DNA of 63,424 nt, the filler included, from Squatina squatina (Eukaryota), in assembly GCA_031763465.1 (NCBI GenBank). It is 4 parts of 4 records of this genome, joined end to end, with 100 filler letters (N's around TTAATTAATTAA, not from the genome) between each part and the next. Parts side by side here need not be neighbours in the genome. Positions count along the whole stretch, not along the records: positions 1 to 17,981 come from JARFOE010000189.1; positions 18,082 to 35,278 come from JARFOE010000046.1; 2 more parts are not named here. One strand, written 5' to 3'. A program made the translations under genes and the position numbers. Within the stretch, counting starts at the first letter, position 1. Each line of letters starts with the position of its first letter. The notes beneath the pieces are model-generated. The model did not search any database, was not told the DNA's origin, and was given only the letters and a program-made list of their open reading frames with translations. Of the stretch, positions 14,005 to 25,630 are shown one piece after another.

Positions 14005-14240
14005 TTACATAGATTTTACAGCACAGAAACAGACCATTCGGCCCAACTGGTCTATGCCGGTGTTTATGCGCCACATGAGCCTCCTCCCACCCCTCTTCAT
14101 CTAACCCTATCAGAAATAACCTTCTATTCCTTTCTGCCTCATGTGTTTTTCTGGCTTTCCTTTAAATGCAATTATGCTATTGGCCTCAACTACTCCTTGT
14201 GGTAACAAGTTCCATGTTCAACCATTCTCTGGATGAAGAA
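14005..14240 (-). mobile_element. CR1 3' end
   Basis: acagcacagaaacagaccattcggcccaactggtc is the reverse complement of the typical CR1 3' tail; similar tails at ~21893, ~47005 and ~49590. Confidence 0.65.
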
Positions 14241-14257
14241 GTTGGCATTGATATAAT

Positions 14258-14495
14258 GGCCCAGAATTTACCATGGCAAGATTGACGATGGTCACCATGA
14301 ATCTCGCCTTCCAGCGCCAATCTCACCATGGCTAACTTGCTCCAAATTTTTCTGATTTTCTAATTGGAATTTGCCACAGGTAGCGGCAAATCAGACACAC
14401 AGCGCTGATCTAAGATCTGAAGTGATGGCACATTAACCATCCAGAACAGAAGGGTTTCAGTGAGCAGAAGTGTAACTTCCTAAGTATACTTTAAC
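14258..14495 (+). mobile_element. Non-autonomous DNA-transposon-like repeat (local family B), copy 1
   Basis: Colinear with 24601-24900 (ggcc..gattt...tgaatctcgcc...gctaacttg.tccaaatttt.ctg.ttttctaatt.gaat.tgccacag...gatctaaga...aagtga.ggcacatt). Confidence 0.7.
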
Positions 14496-15589
14496 CTATA
14501 ATTATGTTAAGTTGCAGTGGCCCTTTTCTTGGGGTTTTGGGGTTTATGTCAGTTCCACTGCGGAGTGTGATCTATGAATTCAGACCACGAGTCGCTACAT
14601 TATAAATTATTAAATATTTAGAAATAAAATAATTATTGACTTTTATTTTAGTGCATTACGAGGCCATAAAATGAGCTAAGCAAGCTAACCTTGAATTTTA
14701 ACTTATTTAAAAGTTCTGGGTTTGAATGAGACTGACTAAGATTGCAAATCTTTGTGGACAGCAAAAATGTACATACTGACATGTTGACTTTTGTCTGAAT
14801 AGATGGGGTTGAAATGCTTTTGATGTACATCAGTTTAAGCATGACTGATTAAAACAATCATGATTTAAAAAAAAAAACAAATTCTTTATTAGAAAAGAAT
14901 TGTTGGTTGTGATAGTGGATTTAACGAGGTTGGCACTGTGGGGAAAACAGAAGGGGTCCTTTTTAAATTCTGAAAATGATCTCATAAATTGAATGGGTTC
15001 CAGACATGGTGTGGCAATATTAAAATTGAAAATCCCAGGAGCAGGAAGTGGATACTCAAAGATCCTAGTTGTTTAATCTTTGCAACAGTAATAATGTTTT
15101 TAACAACTGGAAGTTTAACTCCAGTCTTGGAGCAATAAATCACAACACAGCCAGGCCACTTAGACCATTATTTTTGACTGTAAGTAGCAGCAGCAGCATG
15201 AAAACTGGCTTAAATATAGGAAAATTGCTATCACCATTGATTTTAATGAGGGGTGGGGCTATGATAATTACCTTCTATCTGTTATCAGCAAGGGTAATGG
15301 CAGAGCTGAGCAGTAATCCCAGGAAAATAGAGGGGCATACTTAATGGTGGAGGTCACTTACTCCATAATTTCCTCTTTTGCACTGTTCAATGTTCAACTA
15401 CAACATAGATTCGCCATTACAATGGGACAAGTCCCCAGGAAAATCTGGGCTAGTCACAAAATTAATTTTGTATGCTACAATTCTTGTTATATGATTATGC
15501 TTCAATAATAAATGGAAATATATTGTGTGACCTAAAAGGAATATTTCTTTGGAAGTTGTTTGCTGGCTTCATCTTGGGTTCAATTTTTT

Positions 15590-15758
15590 AAAAATTCGTT
15601 CCTGGGATGTGGGCTTCGCTGGCAAGGCTAGCATTTAATGCCCATCCCTAGTTGCCCTCGAGAAGGTAGTGATGAACTGTTGCAGTAGCGGTTGTTTACA
15701 ACCGAGTGGCTTGCTAGGCCATTTCAGAGGGCAGATAAGAGTCAACCACATTGCTGTG
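15590..15758 (-). mobile_element. SINE / LINE 3' tail fragment
   Basis: gggatgtgggcttcgctggcaaggctagcatttaatgcccatccc is the reverse of the copy at ~50500-50605; the adjoining part matches 46850-46925. Confidence 0.6.
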
Positions 15759-16130
15759 NNNNNNNNNNNNNNNNNNNNNNNNNNNNNNNNNNNNNNNNNN
15801 NNNNNNNNNNNNNNNNNNNNNNNNNNNNNNNNNNNNNNNNNNNNNNNNNNNNNNNNNNTATATAGTTCGTAAATAACAAAGTACTCTTTTTGTTATGGAA
15901 CTATGTAAAAATGTAATCTTGTTTTGCATTGCATAAACAAAGGCTGTGATCACAGAAAATGAGGCTTATTGCCTATTTTATGAGGATATGAAATTGATCT
16001 GGAATATTTTCCCACTGACAACAGAAAATGGTTGGTAAAACAAATCTGAAGGGAATCTTTTCAAAGTTTTGATGCGTATTAAGCAATATTTGTGGAATAT
16101 ATGCAGTAAATTATTCTGCTAACACTCTTG

Positions 16131-16378
16131 GGGCGGCCAGTTGGCACTCCGGCGCTAGCGCTAAATGGGCATAGAATGGGCATTAGGGGTCTAACGCCTG
16201 TTTTTGGCAGTAATTGGAATTTGCACAGATGGCCTCAGTTTAGCGCCGGTGCGAACTCAGGAGCGCTGGAAACGTGGCGCTCGACGCAAATTGGTCTCCG
16301 TGATGTCATCAGAGGGCGCACGCCCAAAATGGCCGCCTGAAGAAGAATTGGACTCAATTCTTTGCGTGCTAAACGGGC
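16131..16378 (+). mobile_element. GC-rich terminus of a Harbinger-type DNA transposon
   Basis: Begins GGGCGGCCAGTT; the inverse terminus AATTGGCCGCCC occurs at 58402-58413. Confidence 0.5.
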
Positions 16379-17981
16379 NNNNNNNNNNNNNNNNNNNNNN
16401 NNNNNNNNNNNNNNNNNNNNNNNNNNNNNNNNNNNNNNNNNNNNNNNNNNNNNNNNNNNNNNNNNNNNNNNNNNNNNNNNNNNNNNNNNNNNNNNNNNNN
16501 NNNNNNNNNNNNNNNNNNNNNNNNNNNNNNNNNNNNNNNNNNNNNNNNNNNNNNNNNNNNNNNNNNNNNNNNNNNNNNNNNNNNNNNNNNNNNNNNNNNN
16601 NNNNNNNNNNNNNNNNNNNNNNNNNNNNNNNNNNNNNNNNNNNNNNNNNNNNNNNNNNNNNNNNNNNNNNNNNNNNNNNNNNNNNNNNNNNNNNNNNNNN
16701 NNNNNNNNNNNNNNNNNNNNNNNNNNNNNNNNNNNNNNNNNNNNNNNNNNNNNNNNNNNNNNNNNNNNNNNNNNNNNNNNNNNNNNNNNNNNNNNNNNNN
16801 NNNNNNNNNNNNNNNNNNNNNNNNNNNNNNNNNNNNNNNNNNNNNNNNNNNNNNNNNNNNNNNNNNNNNNNNNNNNNNNNNNNNNNNNNNNNNNNNNNNN
16901 NNNNNNNNNNNNNNNNNNNNNNNNNNNNNNNNNNNNNNNNNNNNNNNNNNNNNNNNNNNNNNNNNNNNNNNNNNNNNNNNNNNNNNNNNNNNNNNNNNNN
17001 NNNNNNNNNNNNNNNNNNNNNNNNNNNNNNNNNNNNNNNNNNNNNNNNNNNNNNNNNNNNNNNNNNNNNNNNNNNNNNNNNNNNNNNNNNNNNNNNNNNN
17101 NNNNNNNNNNNNNNNNNNNNNNNNNNNNNNNNNNNNNNNNNNNNNNNNNNNNNNNNNNNNNNNNNNNNNNNNNNNNNNNNNNNNNNNNNNNNNNNNNNNN
17201 NNNNNNNNNNNNNNNNNCCCAACGGACATTCGTTTTGTGACACTGATTGCCGTTTGCTCTGAGTTAAACTACAGTTACAAGATGATTGTCAGCCAACTGT
17301 GTAAGCTCTCGTCTTATGTAAAATACTTCTGATCTTTTACATTGAAAATAGAACATCTTGGATGTAGCTCAAATTGCAAAGATTTTTTTTGGATGGGAAA
17401 TTCTTAAAAGTGATAATACTGAATCAATGAAGCATTGCAACTTTCAAGCAACACAGTCTGATCTTTGTGACTTCAAATGTAAGATAGAATTCTAAAGGTT
17501 TCCTATAATTTGGATGCAATAGTTGTTTCAAGTGTAAGAGTTGGGCTGTGGTTGCTAATTACATTAGACCACCTTCACCATTGACCCATTTAGAGATGAA
17601 GTTTTTTTTAGTTTCTACCAAGTAAATCACTTTACTGCAAAGTGTTCTATGATTTTAAAAATCCCAAGTAAGATTCTTGTTTTTTTAAACATGATCTCAG
17701 CACTGAACATTTTATATACTTTAACTAATTTGACAAATGTGAATCTTGCATTGTTTTTGGATGTGATGCAAAAATGTTACTCCAGTTCTCAAAGGGTTAA
17801 TGGAAGTACTAATTTATTCAGACATAATTTGCTAAGAATAGAGTAAAGTAGAATAAATAAGAATGATTTTGTTTCTCTTTTTAACATTAGATAAAAGCAG
17901 CTATTAATTTTATCTGATGACTGTAAATGCACCGGTGTGGAATCTTTTTAATAAGATTATTGTAATTAGTAGTTCATACAG

Positions 17982-18081
17982 NNNNNNNNNNNNNNNNNNN
18001 NNNNNNNNNNNNNNNNNNNNNNNNNTTAATTAATTAANNNNNNNNNNNNNNNNNNNNNNNNNNNNNNNNNNNNNNNNNNNN
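17982..18081. other. Synthetic scaffolding linker N44-TTAATTAATTAA-N44
   Basis: Exactly 100 bp; the central 12-mer at 18026-18037 has stop codons in all six frames. Confidence 0.95.
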
Positions 18082-18724
18082 AATTTTGTTCTTCCCTCTT
18101 TGTTATGAAGTTTGCTTTTTTTGAAATCACCTAATTCAGCATGGACTGAACTTTACTGGAGTGTATGGCTCACTAATGTACTGGGTAGCACATTTGAGCA
18201 CTAAACCATCAAGAGTTCAATTGATGCTTCTGTATAGTATTGAGCTGGACCCTGATGGTGTAGAAACAGATACTTGATTTTGGAATTTGCATTTCCAGGA
18301 GGATGTTGACCTCAGCTAGGAAGACAGTAATGAAAACAAGCAATTTGTGGCTAATAGAGCATTTAACAATGAAAAGATTGCATGTCTCTTAGCACTGTAT
18401 TAACTGCTAGTAAGCTTGATTTAATAAGCCTGGAGTTGTTTGGTTGCCTTTTTTAAAAAATATAGTTACATTTGCCTGCTTCCTTGGTGTCCCCTAGGTT
18501 ACATTTTCCCAGGAATTGGGTACCCTTCAGTACAACACTCAAGTAGTTTATTTTTAATATGAACCTCCACAGCGACTGTCCCCAGACCATGTGAAATCCT
18601 GCTCTCATCCAAGATGCGTATACACATAATTTCTAGTAGGGGTTGCTGAGTAGCAATCGAGAATGGAAAACTGGGCTGATTTTATCCTTTCTAGCCCACT
18701 CAGCTGGACAACAGTAGATGTATT

Positions 18725-19300
18725 GAAGGAGGATATGTGCCCAACATTGTCAAAAGCTGCAGAGAGGTTAAGGAGGGGTTGTGCATCAGTCAGAGAATGT
18801 AATTTGATACTTTTTGATTAGGGTCGTTTAGTGCTGTGGCAAGGGCAAAAGCTTGAGTGGAGAGGTTCAAATATGAAGATTCAGGAAAGATGGTCATGGA
18901 TTTGTGAGGTGACAACACATGCAGGGAGGGTGGAGATGAGGCATTAGTTTACAATTTGGTTGAGGATGGATTCTATTGAAGAGGGTTTGATGACCAGTTT
19001 AAAAGGATGGGGGCCAGTGCCTAAGAGGGGACAATATTGATTAGCATGAGGACCAGAAATGGAAATAGGGTGATCAACAGTTTAGTTGAAATTGAACCGG
19101 AAGAGCAGGAGGTGGGTCTTCATGGACAAGATGAGATTGGAGAGGGCTTGAGATAGGAGACAAACTAGAAAAAGATGCAGGCTGAGGGAGAGTAAAACTT
19201 TTGAAGTGAGGCTTGGTTGGTAAGGGGAGGGAGTGTAGCTGAATGAATGGTCTCCATCTCATTGACAAAAGTTCATGAGTTCCTCTCTCTTATTAGAGGT
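18725..19300 (-). mobile_element. Degenerate L2-clade LINE fragment
   Basis: Similar to 47200-47575 (tgtcaaa.gctgcaga.agg...gtgctgtggcaaggg...gaggtgacaacac). Confidence 0.6.
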
Positions 19301-19344
19301 AAGCCATATAAGGAACGCTTTAGGCTGTGGGTATGATAAACCAG

Positions 19345-19535
19345 GGAGATTTCAGCTTCAATCCCTTTTCATGCTGAATTTGTTGATCTCAGCAAGGGTG
19401 TAAGCTACCCATTGCACTCAATGCACCTTGGCCAGTGGGAGGGTCAAAACAGCCAGGGTTCCTGTTCCTGATTGCTATCTAGTAACCTCAGCTGGATAGC
19501 GTAGAAGCAGAATTAGGGTTGTCTCTGACGTCCAT
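19345..19535 (+). repeat. SINE-like repeat, local family A
   Basis: Homologous to 390-520 and 29625-29910. Confidence 0.55.
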
Positions 19536-20208
19536 GTTCTGGCTTGGGCAAAACATGAAGTATTTGCTGATACTGGATGCAAAAGCAGGGGAATAAAAAT
19601 GTTATATTTTGCCACACAACTGCCATTCTACGCTGATGATCACTAATTTTCCACACTTTAGTGCATTTCTTTTTTTTAATGGTATGTACAATCTAACTGC
19701 CTCAGTAAATACATACTTCACCCTTCAAGTCATGTCACTTGCATATTTTTCCTTCTCCATAATGTGCTATTAACTGATGTGGAATTAACTTATAAAATTT
19801 GCCAATTAATTTTTAGGCCATTGCAGCACTCGGTTAAAAGAAATGAGTGATAGGTGCAGATATAACATGTGACTTGCTTTGTGCGGCTTCTCTCCTCTGA
19901 GAACATTGATCTGGTTTCTATTGCTATCACGCTTGTCAGTACTGTGTGGCTGAAGTATTTTTCTTGAAGTTATTAAGAGGAAAGCAATACTTTGACATGG
20001 CCACCTCCACTGGGGACAAGGAATTAAAATCTAGCTAACACATGTAATAACCATATAAAAACTGAGTACTTTGGTCTGATTAAAATATTAAGGAAAGATT
20101 GAGTGACCTATTCATGCAATAATACATTGAGAACTTATATTCCCTCGGAATGCAATTACATGCTCTACAAATTTATCTTTTTTATTACTTTTTCTTCATG
20201 TGCTACAG

Positions 20209-20393
20209 GATTGCAAACCCTTGAGTTCAAATAACAGAAAGCCGATGCCATTTGCGGTTGGTGCAAATATAAATGAGGCTAAACAGTTGGCAAGTACACA
20301 ATACAACACTCCTACTGCATTATATGCCAATGAGAATGTAGACTACAGTTTACAGGAACAGTTAAGTGGCCTTCATGTCACCTCTCCTCAGCA
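20209..20393 (+). CDS. PDLIM4: PDZ-LIM protein internal exon (PDLIM4/RIL exon 4 equivalent), 185 nt, phase 0 to 2
   Basis: Strong polypyrimidine acceptor ...tgctacAG and GTAAGT donor. Peptide DCKPLSSNNRKPMPFAVGANINEAKQLASTQYNTPTALYANENVDYSLQEQLSGLHVTSPQ contains an NRxPxPF element and a ZM-like QYNTP.LY.EN. Its end resembles human PDLIM4 'TLPAQMSTLHVSPP'. It lies next to SLC22A4/5, as in human. Confidence 0.75.
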
Positions 20394-21779
20394 GTAAGTA
20401 TGTCTTGCTTAATGATCTCTGTAAAATAAGATTACCCATCCGTTTTGATGAAGGGAGAAAAGGTCACTCGTACAGNNNNNNNNNNNNNNNNNNNNNNNNN
20501 NNNNNNNNNNNNNNNNNNNNNNNNNNNNNNNNNNNNNNNNNNNNNNNNNNNNNNNNNNNNNNNNNNNNNNNNNNNTATAACATTTTAATAATTGTGAATC
20601 TCTTCAACTGCCTTCAAATTGATGATTGAAAAGCCTTGATTTTAAATGAACCAAGCAGAACCATTTTGGATTATGCAGTCAGTAACATTGACTTTGTTTG
20701 TTTGTTTGTTTTATTGACTGAACTAATGCTTGAGAATTAAACAAAGCCTGTCAATGTAGTTCTTTTGCCTAGATGCAAATTGACCAATTCTAAAATGTCT
20801 CCACATCTAGGGGGTAAATTATTTCAATGCCCCATGCTGCTGGCAAGGCTTGAAAGGCTGTATGTGAGGCCTGCTGGCAGCATAAGGATGTGAGCCATTA
20901 TCCTCTTGTACCCATGCAAAACATAACTAGTATTTTTTCATGGAGAAAACCTGCTAATTTCCAATACTTTCTGTAATTTGTCAAAACTGTGTAAATATGA
21001 TTGGTTAGTCAACAAATTAATCTGACCTGTTTTCAGGGTTTGTCAACAAATTCCCAAATTTTGATGACTAAACAAAAATGCCATTTTCCTTCAATTATAT
21101 TAACAGGAAATTGGTCTGCACAGCAATGGTGTGTAAATAGGCCAGTGTTTTCAAATGCTTGTCAAAAGTTCTATTTAAATCTGTTGCAAGTTTGTTGGGC
21201 TACGCTGGCATATCCGATTCCCTTNNNNNNNNNNNNNNNNNNNNNNNNNNNNNNNNNNNNNNNNNNNNNNNNNNNNNNNNNNNNNNNNNNNNNNNNNNNN
21301 NNNNNNNNNNNNNNNNNNNNNNNNAATGTTAAGTCCTGCCACTACTGTCTACATACTCCACTCGAAAGGAGATTGAAGGAAGAGTTATAATATATAACTT
21401 CATTACAATTTCTGTTTAAAACTATATCCCACAAAAGCATTTTACCTATCCAAGCACAGACTGAAAGTGATATGGTGTGAACGATATTCCTCTGAGGACT
21501 GAGCCATGAACTGAGACACAACGCTGCATCAGTAAAATGGGGGTTTTATTACATTTATACTGAGCCCCACCTTTCTTATCTACTGGTGGTGCTGGGTCAA
21601 CATGACTGGCGACAAATGTAGGGGAAAGAAGGAAGCCACAACTGTGATAGATAATACTGCACTGTTTTCAAATAACTTTTCTGGATCATCTATGCCTGAT
21701 ATGAACTAATAATAATAGATAATACTGATATTTTCTAATAATCAGCAATAATACTGAATCCTCTCTGTTTTCCTTCCAG

Positions 21780-21880
21780 CTCAAAGATATGAAGGCTAAA
21801 GGTGTGCAGTCTTATGCAATTATTCACTTGATTAAAACCCGTAATATCCGAGCCATCACTATCATAAACCTTCTAGTGTG
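21780..21880 (+). CDS. SLC22A5: OCTN-type organic cation/carnitine transporter (SLC22A4/5-like), exon 6 equivalent, 101 nt
   Basis: tccttccAG...GTGAGT. Peptide LKDMKAKGVQSYAIIHLIKTRNIRAITIINLLVW vs human OCTN2 [34 protein letters not shown]; length and phase match. A4 vs A5 orthology is not resolvable. Confidence 0.85.
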
Positions 21881-21892
21881 GTGAGTATTTCA

Positions 21893-23140
21893 CAGAATCA
21901 TAGAACAGTACAGCACAGAAGGAGGCCATTCGACCCATCGAGTCTGCGCCNNNNNNNNNNNNNNNNNNNNNNNNNNNNNNNNNNNNNNNNNNNNNNNNNN
22001 NNNNNNNNNNNNNNNNNNNNNNNNNNNNNNNNNNNNNNNNNNNNNNNNNNATGCAACACTCTAGCTGAGGCCTAACCAGTGATTTGTAAAAGTTTAGCAT
22101 AACTTCCTTGAATTTGTATTTAATGCTCCTATTTACAAAGCCAAATATCCCCTACGCTTTCTTAACTGCTTTGTCAATGTGCCCTGCCAACTCCAAAGAT
22201 TTGTGCCGATGCAACCTCAGGTCCCTCTGCTCTTACACCCTCCTCAAAATAGTACCATTTAGATTTTCTGCTACTCCATGCTGTTTCTCCAAAAGTACAT
22301 CACTTCAAGTAATCTGCATTAAATTGCATCTGCCATGTGTCTGCCCATTTCACCAGTCTGTCTTTGTCCTCCTGAAGTCTGTTACTATTCGCTATTTACT
22401 CCATTGCCAAGTTTTGTACCATCTACAAACTACAAAATTGTACTCCATACACCCAAGTCCAGGTCATTTCTGTATAACAAGAAAGCAATGATTCCAATAC
22501 CGACCCCTGCATACTTCTCTCCAGTTAGAAAAAAACAACCTTTCCCCACATCTCCCTGCCTCCTATCCCTTAGTGAATTTTGTACCCAAGTTACCATCAT
22601 CAGTTTAATACTATGTGCTTCTATTTTTTGAATAAGTCTGTTATGCGGTTCTTTATCAAATTCCTTTTCTGAGTCCATATATACTACAACTACTGCACTA
22701 CCTTCATCAGTCCTCTGTTACTTGATCAAAAAACTCAAGTTAGTCAGACACAATTTACCTTTAATTAATCTGTGCTGTCTATCCCTTATGAACCCTTGCT
22801 TCTCCAAGTTAGAATTAATTTTGTCCTTGACAATGGTCTCTATTAGTTCCCCACCACTGACGATAGACTGCCTGACCCGTAGTTATTAGGTTTATCCCTC
22901 TTCCCTTTTTTTTGAACAATTGCAATACTCCATTTTTCTGGCACCACTTCCATATCCAAGGAGGATTGAAAAATTGTTGTGAGAGCTCCTACTACCTCCA
23001 CCCTAGCTTCCCTCAGCAACTTAAGATGCATCCAATCTGGACCAGGTGACTTATTAACGTTGAATGATACCAACCTATTTAGTGCCTCCTTTCTATCTAT
23101 TTTTATCCAATCCAAAACCTCTACTCCCCTCTTCTACTGC
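21893..23140 (-). mobile_element. CR1 LINE, 3' tail plus degenerate RT (spans a 100-N gap)
   Basis: ORF pieces MLNFYKSLVRPQLECC, EFDKEPHNRLIQKI and KSPGPDWMHLKLLREARVEVVGALTTIFQSSLD; tail at 21893-21950. Confidence 0.9.
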
Positions 23141-23159
23141 AACATTAACGTCATCCTCT

Positions 23160-23430
23160 CCAGTGTTGGGTGGATACCAGTGTCACAGCTGAACTGAAAC
23201 AGTTTTGCTTGGGGATCTGCTGGCACTGGTGTGCAGGTCTTCAGCATTACAGGCGGGACACTGTCTCAGCCCATAACATTTGCTGTGTCCAGTGCAGTCA
23301 GACATACCTTAATACCATGTGAAGTTAACTGAATTGGATGCAACCTGGCATCTATGATGGTGGGGACATCAGTGGGAGGCCGAATAGAATCATCCACTCA
23401 GCACATTTGGCTGAAGACACTTGCTTAGTG
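23160..23430 (-). mobile_element. Second LINE RT fragment (CR1/L2 group)
   Basis: Minus strand reads LDTANVMG.DSVPPVMLKTCTPVPADPQAKLFQFSCDTGIHP. Confidence 0.6.
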
Positions 23431-24344
23431 CTGAAAATCAGCGGGGAGGTGCATCCCACTGTGAGTCCTGAATAGCACCTGCCCAAAACCTCCATCACTG
23501 ACCCTGCCAAAGTTTGCATGACCAGAGTATGGTCCCTTCATTATCAAAGTAAAGGTGGGTGCCCACGCCATTGGGGTGCATCTCGGGCATCTGGTCACCA
23601 AAGTAGCCAGAAGGTCCAGCAGAAGATTAACTGACCGGGGGGTGGTGAGGTCATCGGGGGAGGTGAGGATTCTTGGTTCACACCTTCAGCTTTCCACATT
23701 AATCCCTTTTGTCTGGGGGGCACATAGAACTCTTTTTTTTAATTAGAAATCCTTTACTTTAGGGTACAAGCTGGAATCCCAGCCTGTAACCCCAGGTGGG
23801 CCCCACCTCCACTGTTTGAAAGGTAGGCATGCCTCATCTCACCAAACGATTCTCCACCGACTCTACAATGGGTCTCTTTGAGGGCTAGGGTGGTGGGAAT
23901 TCATGATGTCGTTATAACCCCACCTCCAGCCTTGCTCCCTCTTATAACAAAGACCTTTCTTTTAGAGTAGGTAGAGGTTACACCCCCGTCAAGTTATCTC
24001 AGAATCCCAGAGGTAAGAACATGAATATCTGGGTCCTTAATTTCTAGCCTTTTCAGTGCGCCCTCCCCTTAGTTATGGCAGGAGTGTGCCAGCCGGTTCA
24101 TGGGTTTTGGCCTCAGTGTATTTTTATGTAATTATAAGCATAAATGGATGTGTGTGTGTTTATGTGCATGACTGCTTATGTAACTGAGAGAATATATATC
24201 TGGCATGTGCACTAGTGTTCATGTTATGTACAGATGCTCGATTCAGCATGTGTATAAACTACATGAATGAGTTTATGTGTATGTCTGTCAGTAAGTTTGC
24301 AGTAATGTATATATTTGAAACTTTTGGTTGATTCTGTTTTGTAG

Positions 24345-24499
24345 ATTCGGGAGGAAGAAAATTCTGTTTGGGACCATGGCTGTACAGATTGGATTTAGCT
24401 TGCTTCAATTGTTCTCACCAAACTGGGAAATATTCTGCCTGGTTAATTTCCTTATAGGTATTGGACATATCTCAAACAATGTGGCTGCCTTTATTCTTG
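24345..24499 (+). CDS. SLC22A5: SLC22A4/5-like exon 3 equivalent, 155 nt
   Basis: ttttgtAG...GTAAGT. Peptide [52 protein letters not shown] aligns without gaps to human OCTN2 167-218 and carries the MFS (R)FGRK motif. Confidence 0.93.
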
Positions 24500-24600
24500 G
24501 TAAGTGTCCATACCATTCAGTACTTTTATTCACCCTTTTCTCGCTACCTTTTATGATTTGTCACTCTCAGTATGCCACCAAGTCCTGGTCATTAAATGTT

Positions 24601-24900
24601 GGCCAAGATTTTCATGCAATGGCGAGATTGATGATATACAATGTGAATCTCGCCATTGCTAACTTGTTCCAAATTTTGCTGGTTTTCTAATTAGAATATG
24701 CCACAGCGAGCATAGTGGTGAATCAGGCAGTCAGCACCGATCTAAGAGCTCAAGTGACGGCACATTCACGATATGGAGCCATGGGTGGGAGGGGCGGTTT
24801 GGGTGGGGATTGGTGGGGGGTGGGGGCGTGGTGGTGGGGTGCTAGTGGCAGAGTCAGGTTGAAGTGAATGGAATCTAGCTTCTTAAATAAACTTTCATTA
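24601..24900 (+). mobile_element. Local family B repeat, copy 2, with G-rich insert
   Basis: Colinear with 14258-14495; extra G-tract segment at 24783-24840. Confidence 0.7.
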
Positions 24901-25184
24901 GCAATCAATAATTATAAATACTGACGTCCAACTAAAACACTCATGTGTCTATGACAGGAAGGTTAAGAAGATTGACTCTGTTAAGTAAACAGAATAAGTA
25001 ACCTCATAAAAGAATGAGAAAAACTCCTTCCTAATGTGCGGCAAATGAAATGTTGCCAGGTTAGTCAGTATCACAAAATGATAGCAGCAAACTTCTGAAT
25101 AAAGGATAAATAACACCTTGGAATATAATTTGACTCTGATTCTCCATTTTTCATTCCGATCTTAGAGCAATAAATCATATCATT

Positions 25185-25630
25185 GCTTCCAGTCGCCTAT
25201 CACTTAAATTCTCTGTTCCATTCCCGCTCTGACCTCTTGGTCCTCGGCCTCTTACTGCTCCAATGAGGGACAGCACCTCAACTTTCTATTCGGCATTTTA
25301 CAGCCTTCTCGACTCAACATCAAGTTCAACAATTTCAGACCAGAACCTCTGCCCCTAATTTTTCAGATGGCAGCTGGTGATGATTCTACCACTCCTATTT
25401 ACACCTCTTCTAGACCCATCTTTTCTTTCTTTACTTGTTGCATTACCATCTCCTTTTGCTTTGTACAATCATACCTTGTCAATTAATCACTCCTGACTTC
25501 CACCCGATCACAGACCTTCTCTTTTCTTTTGTCCCCTCCCCACTTTCCCTGACCCTGCACGTGCCTAAAATCTGTTGCATTTTTACCTTTTTCTAGTTCT
25601 GACGAAAGGTCATTGACCTGAAACGTTGAT
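25185..25630 (+). mobile_element. Penelope-like element, GIY-YIG C-terminal remnant and 3' region
   Basis: Degenerate PVAYHLNSLFHSRSDLLVLGLL...QHL.F..GILQPS.LNIKFNNFR, followed by ...gttctgacgaaaggtcattgacctgaaacgtt. Confidence 0.65.

Noticed and set aside
1080-17262. Long ORFs in the supplied track (up to 352 aa)
   Set aside because: They are almost entirely X residues from N gaps.
18026-18037. TTAATTAATTAA as a homeodomain site, piggyBac TTAA footprint or CRISPR-like repeat
   Set aside because: It is always centred in exactly 44+44 N, so it is a synthetic linker.
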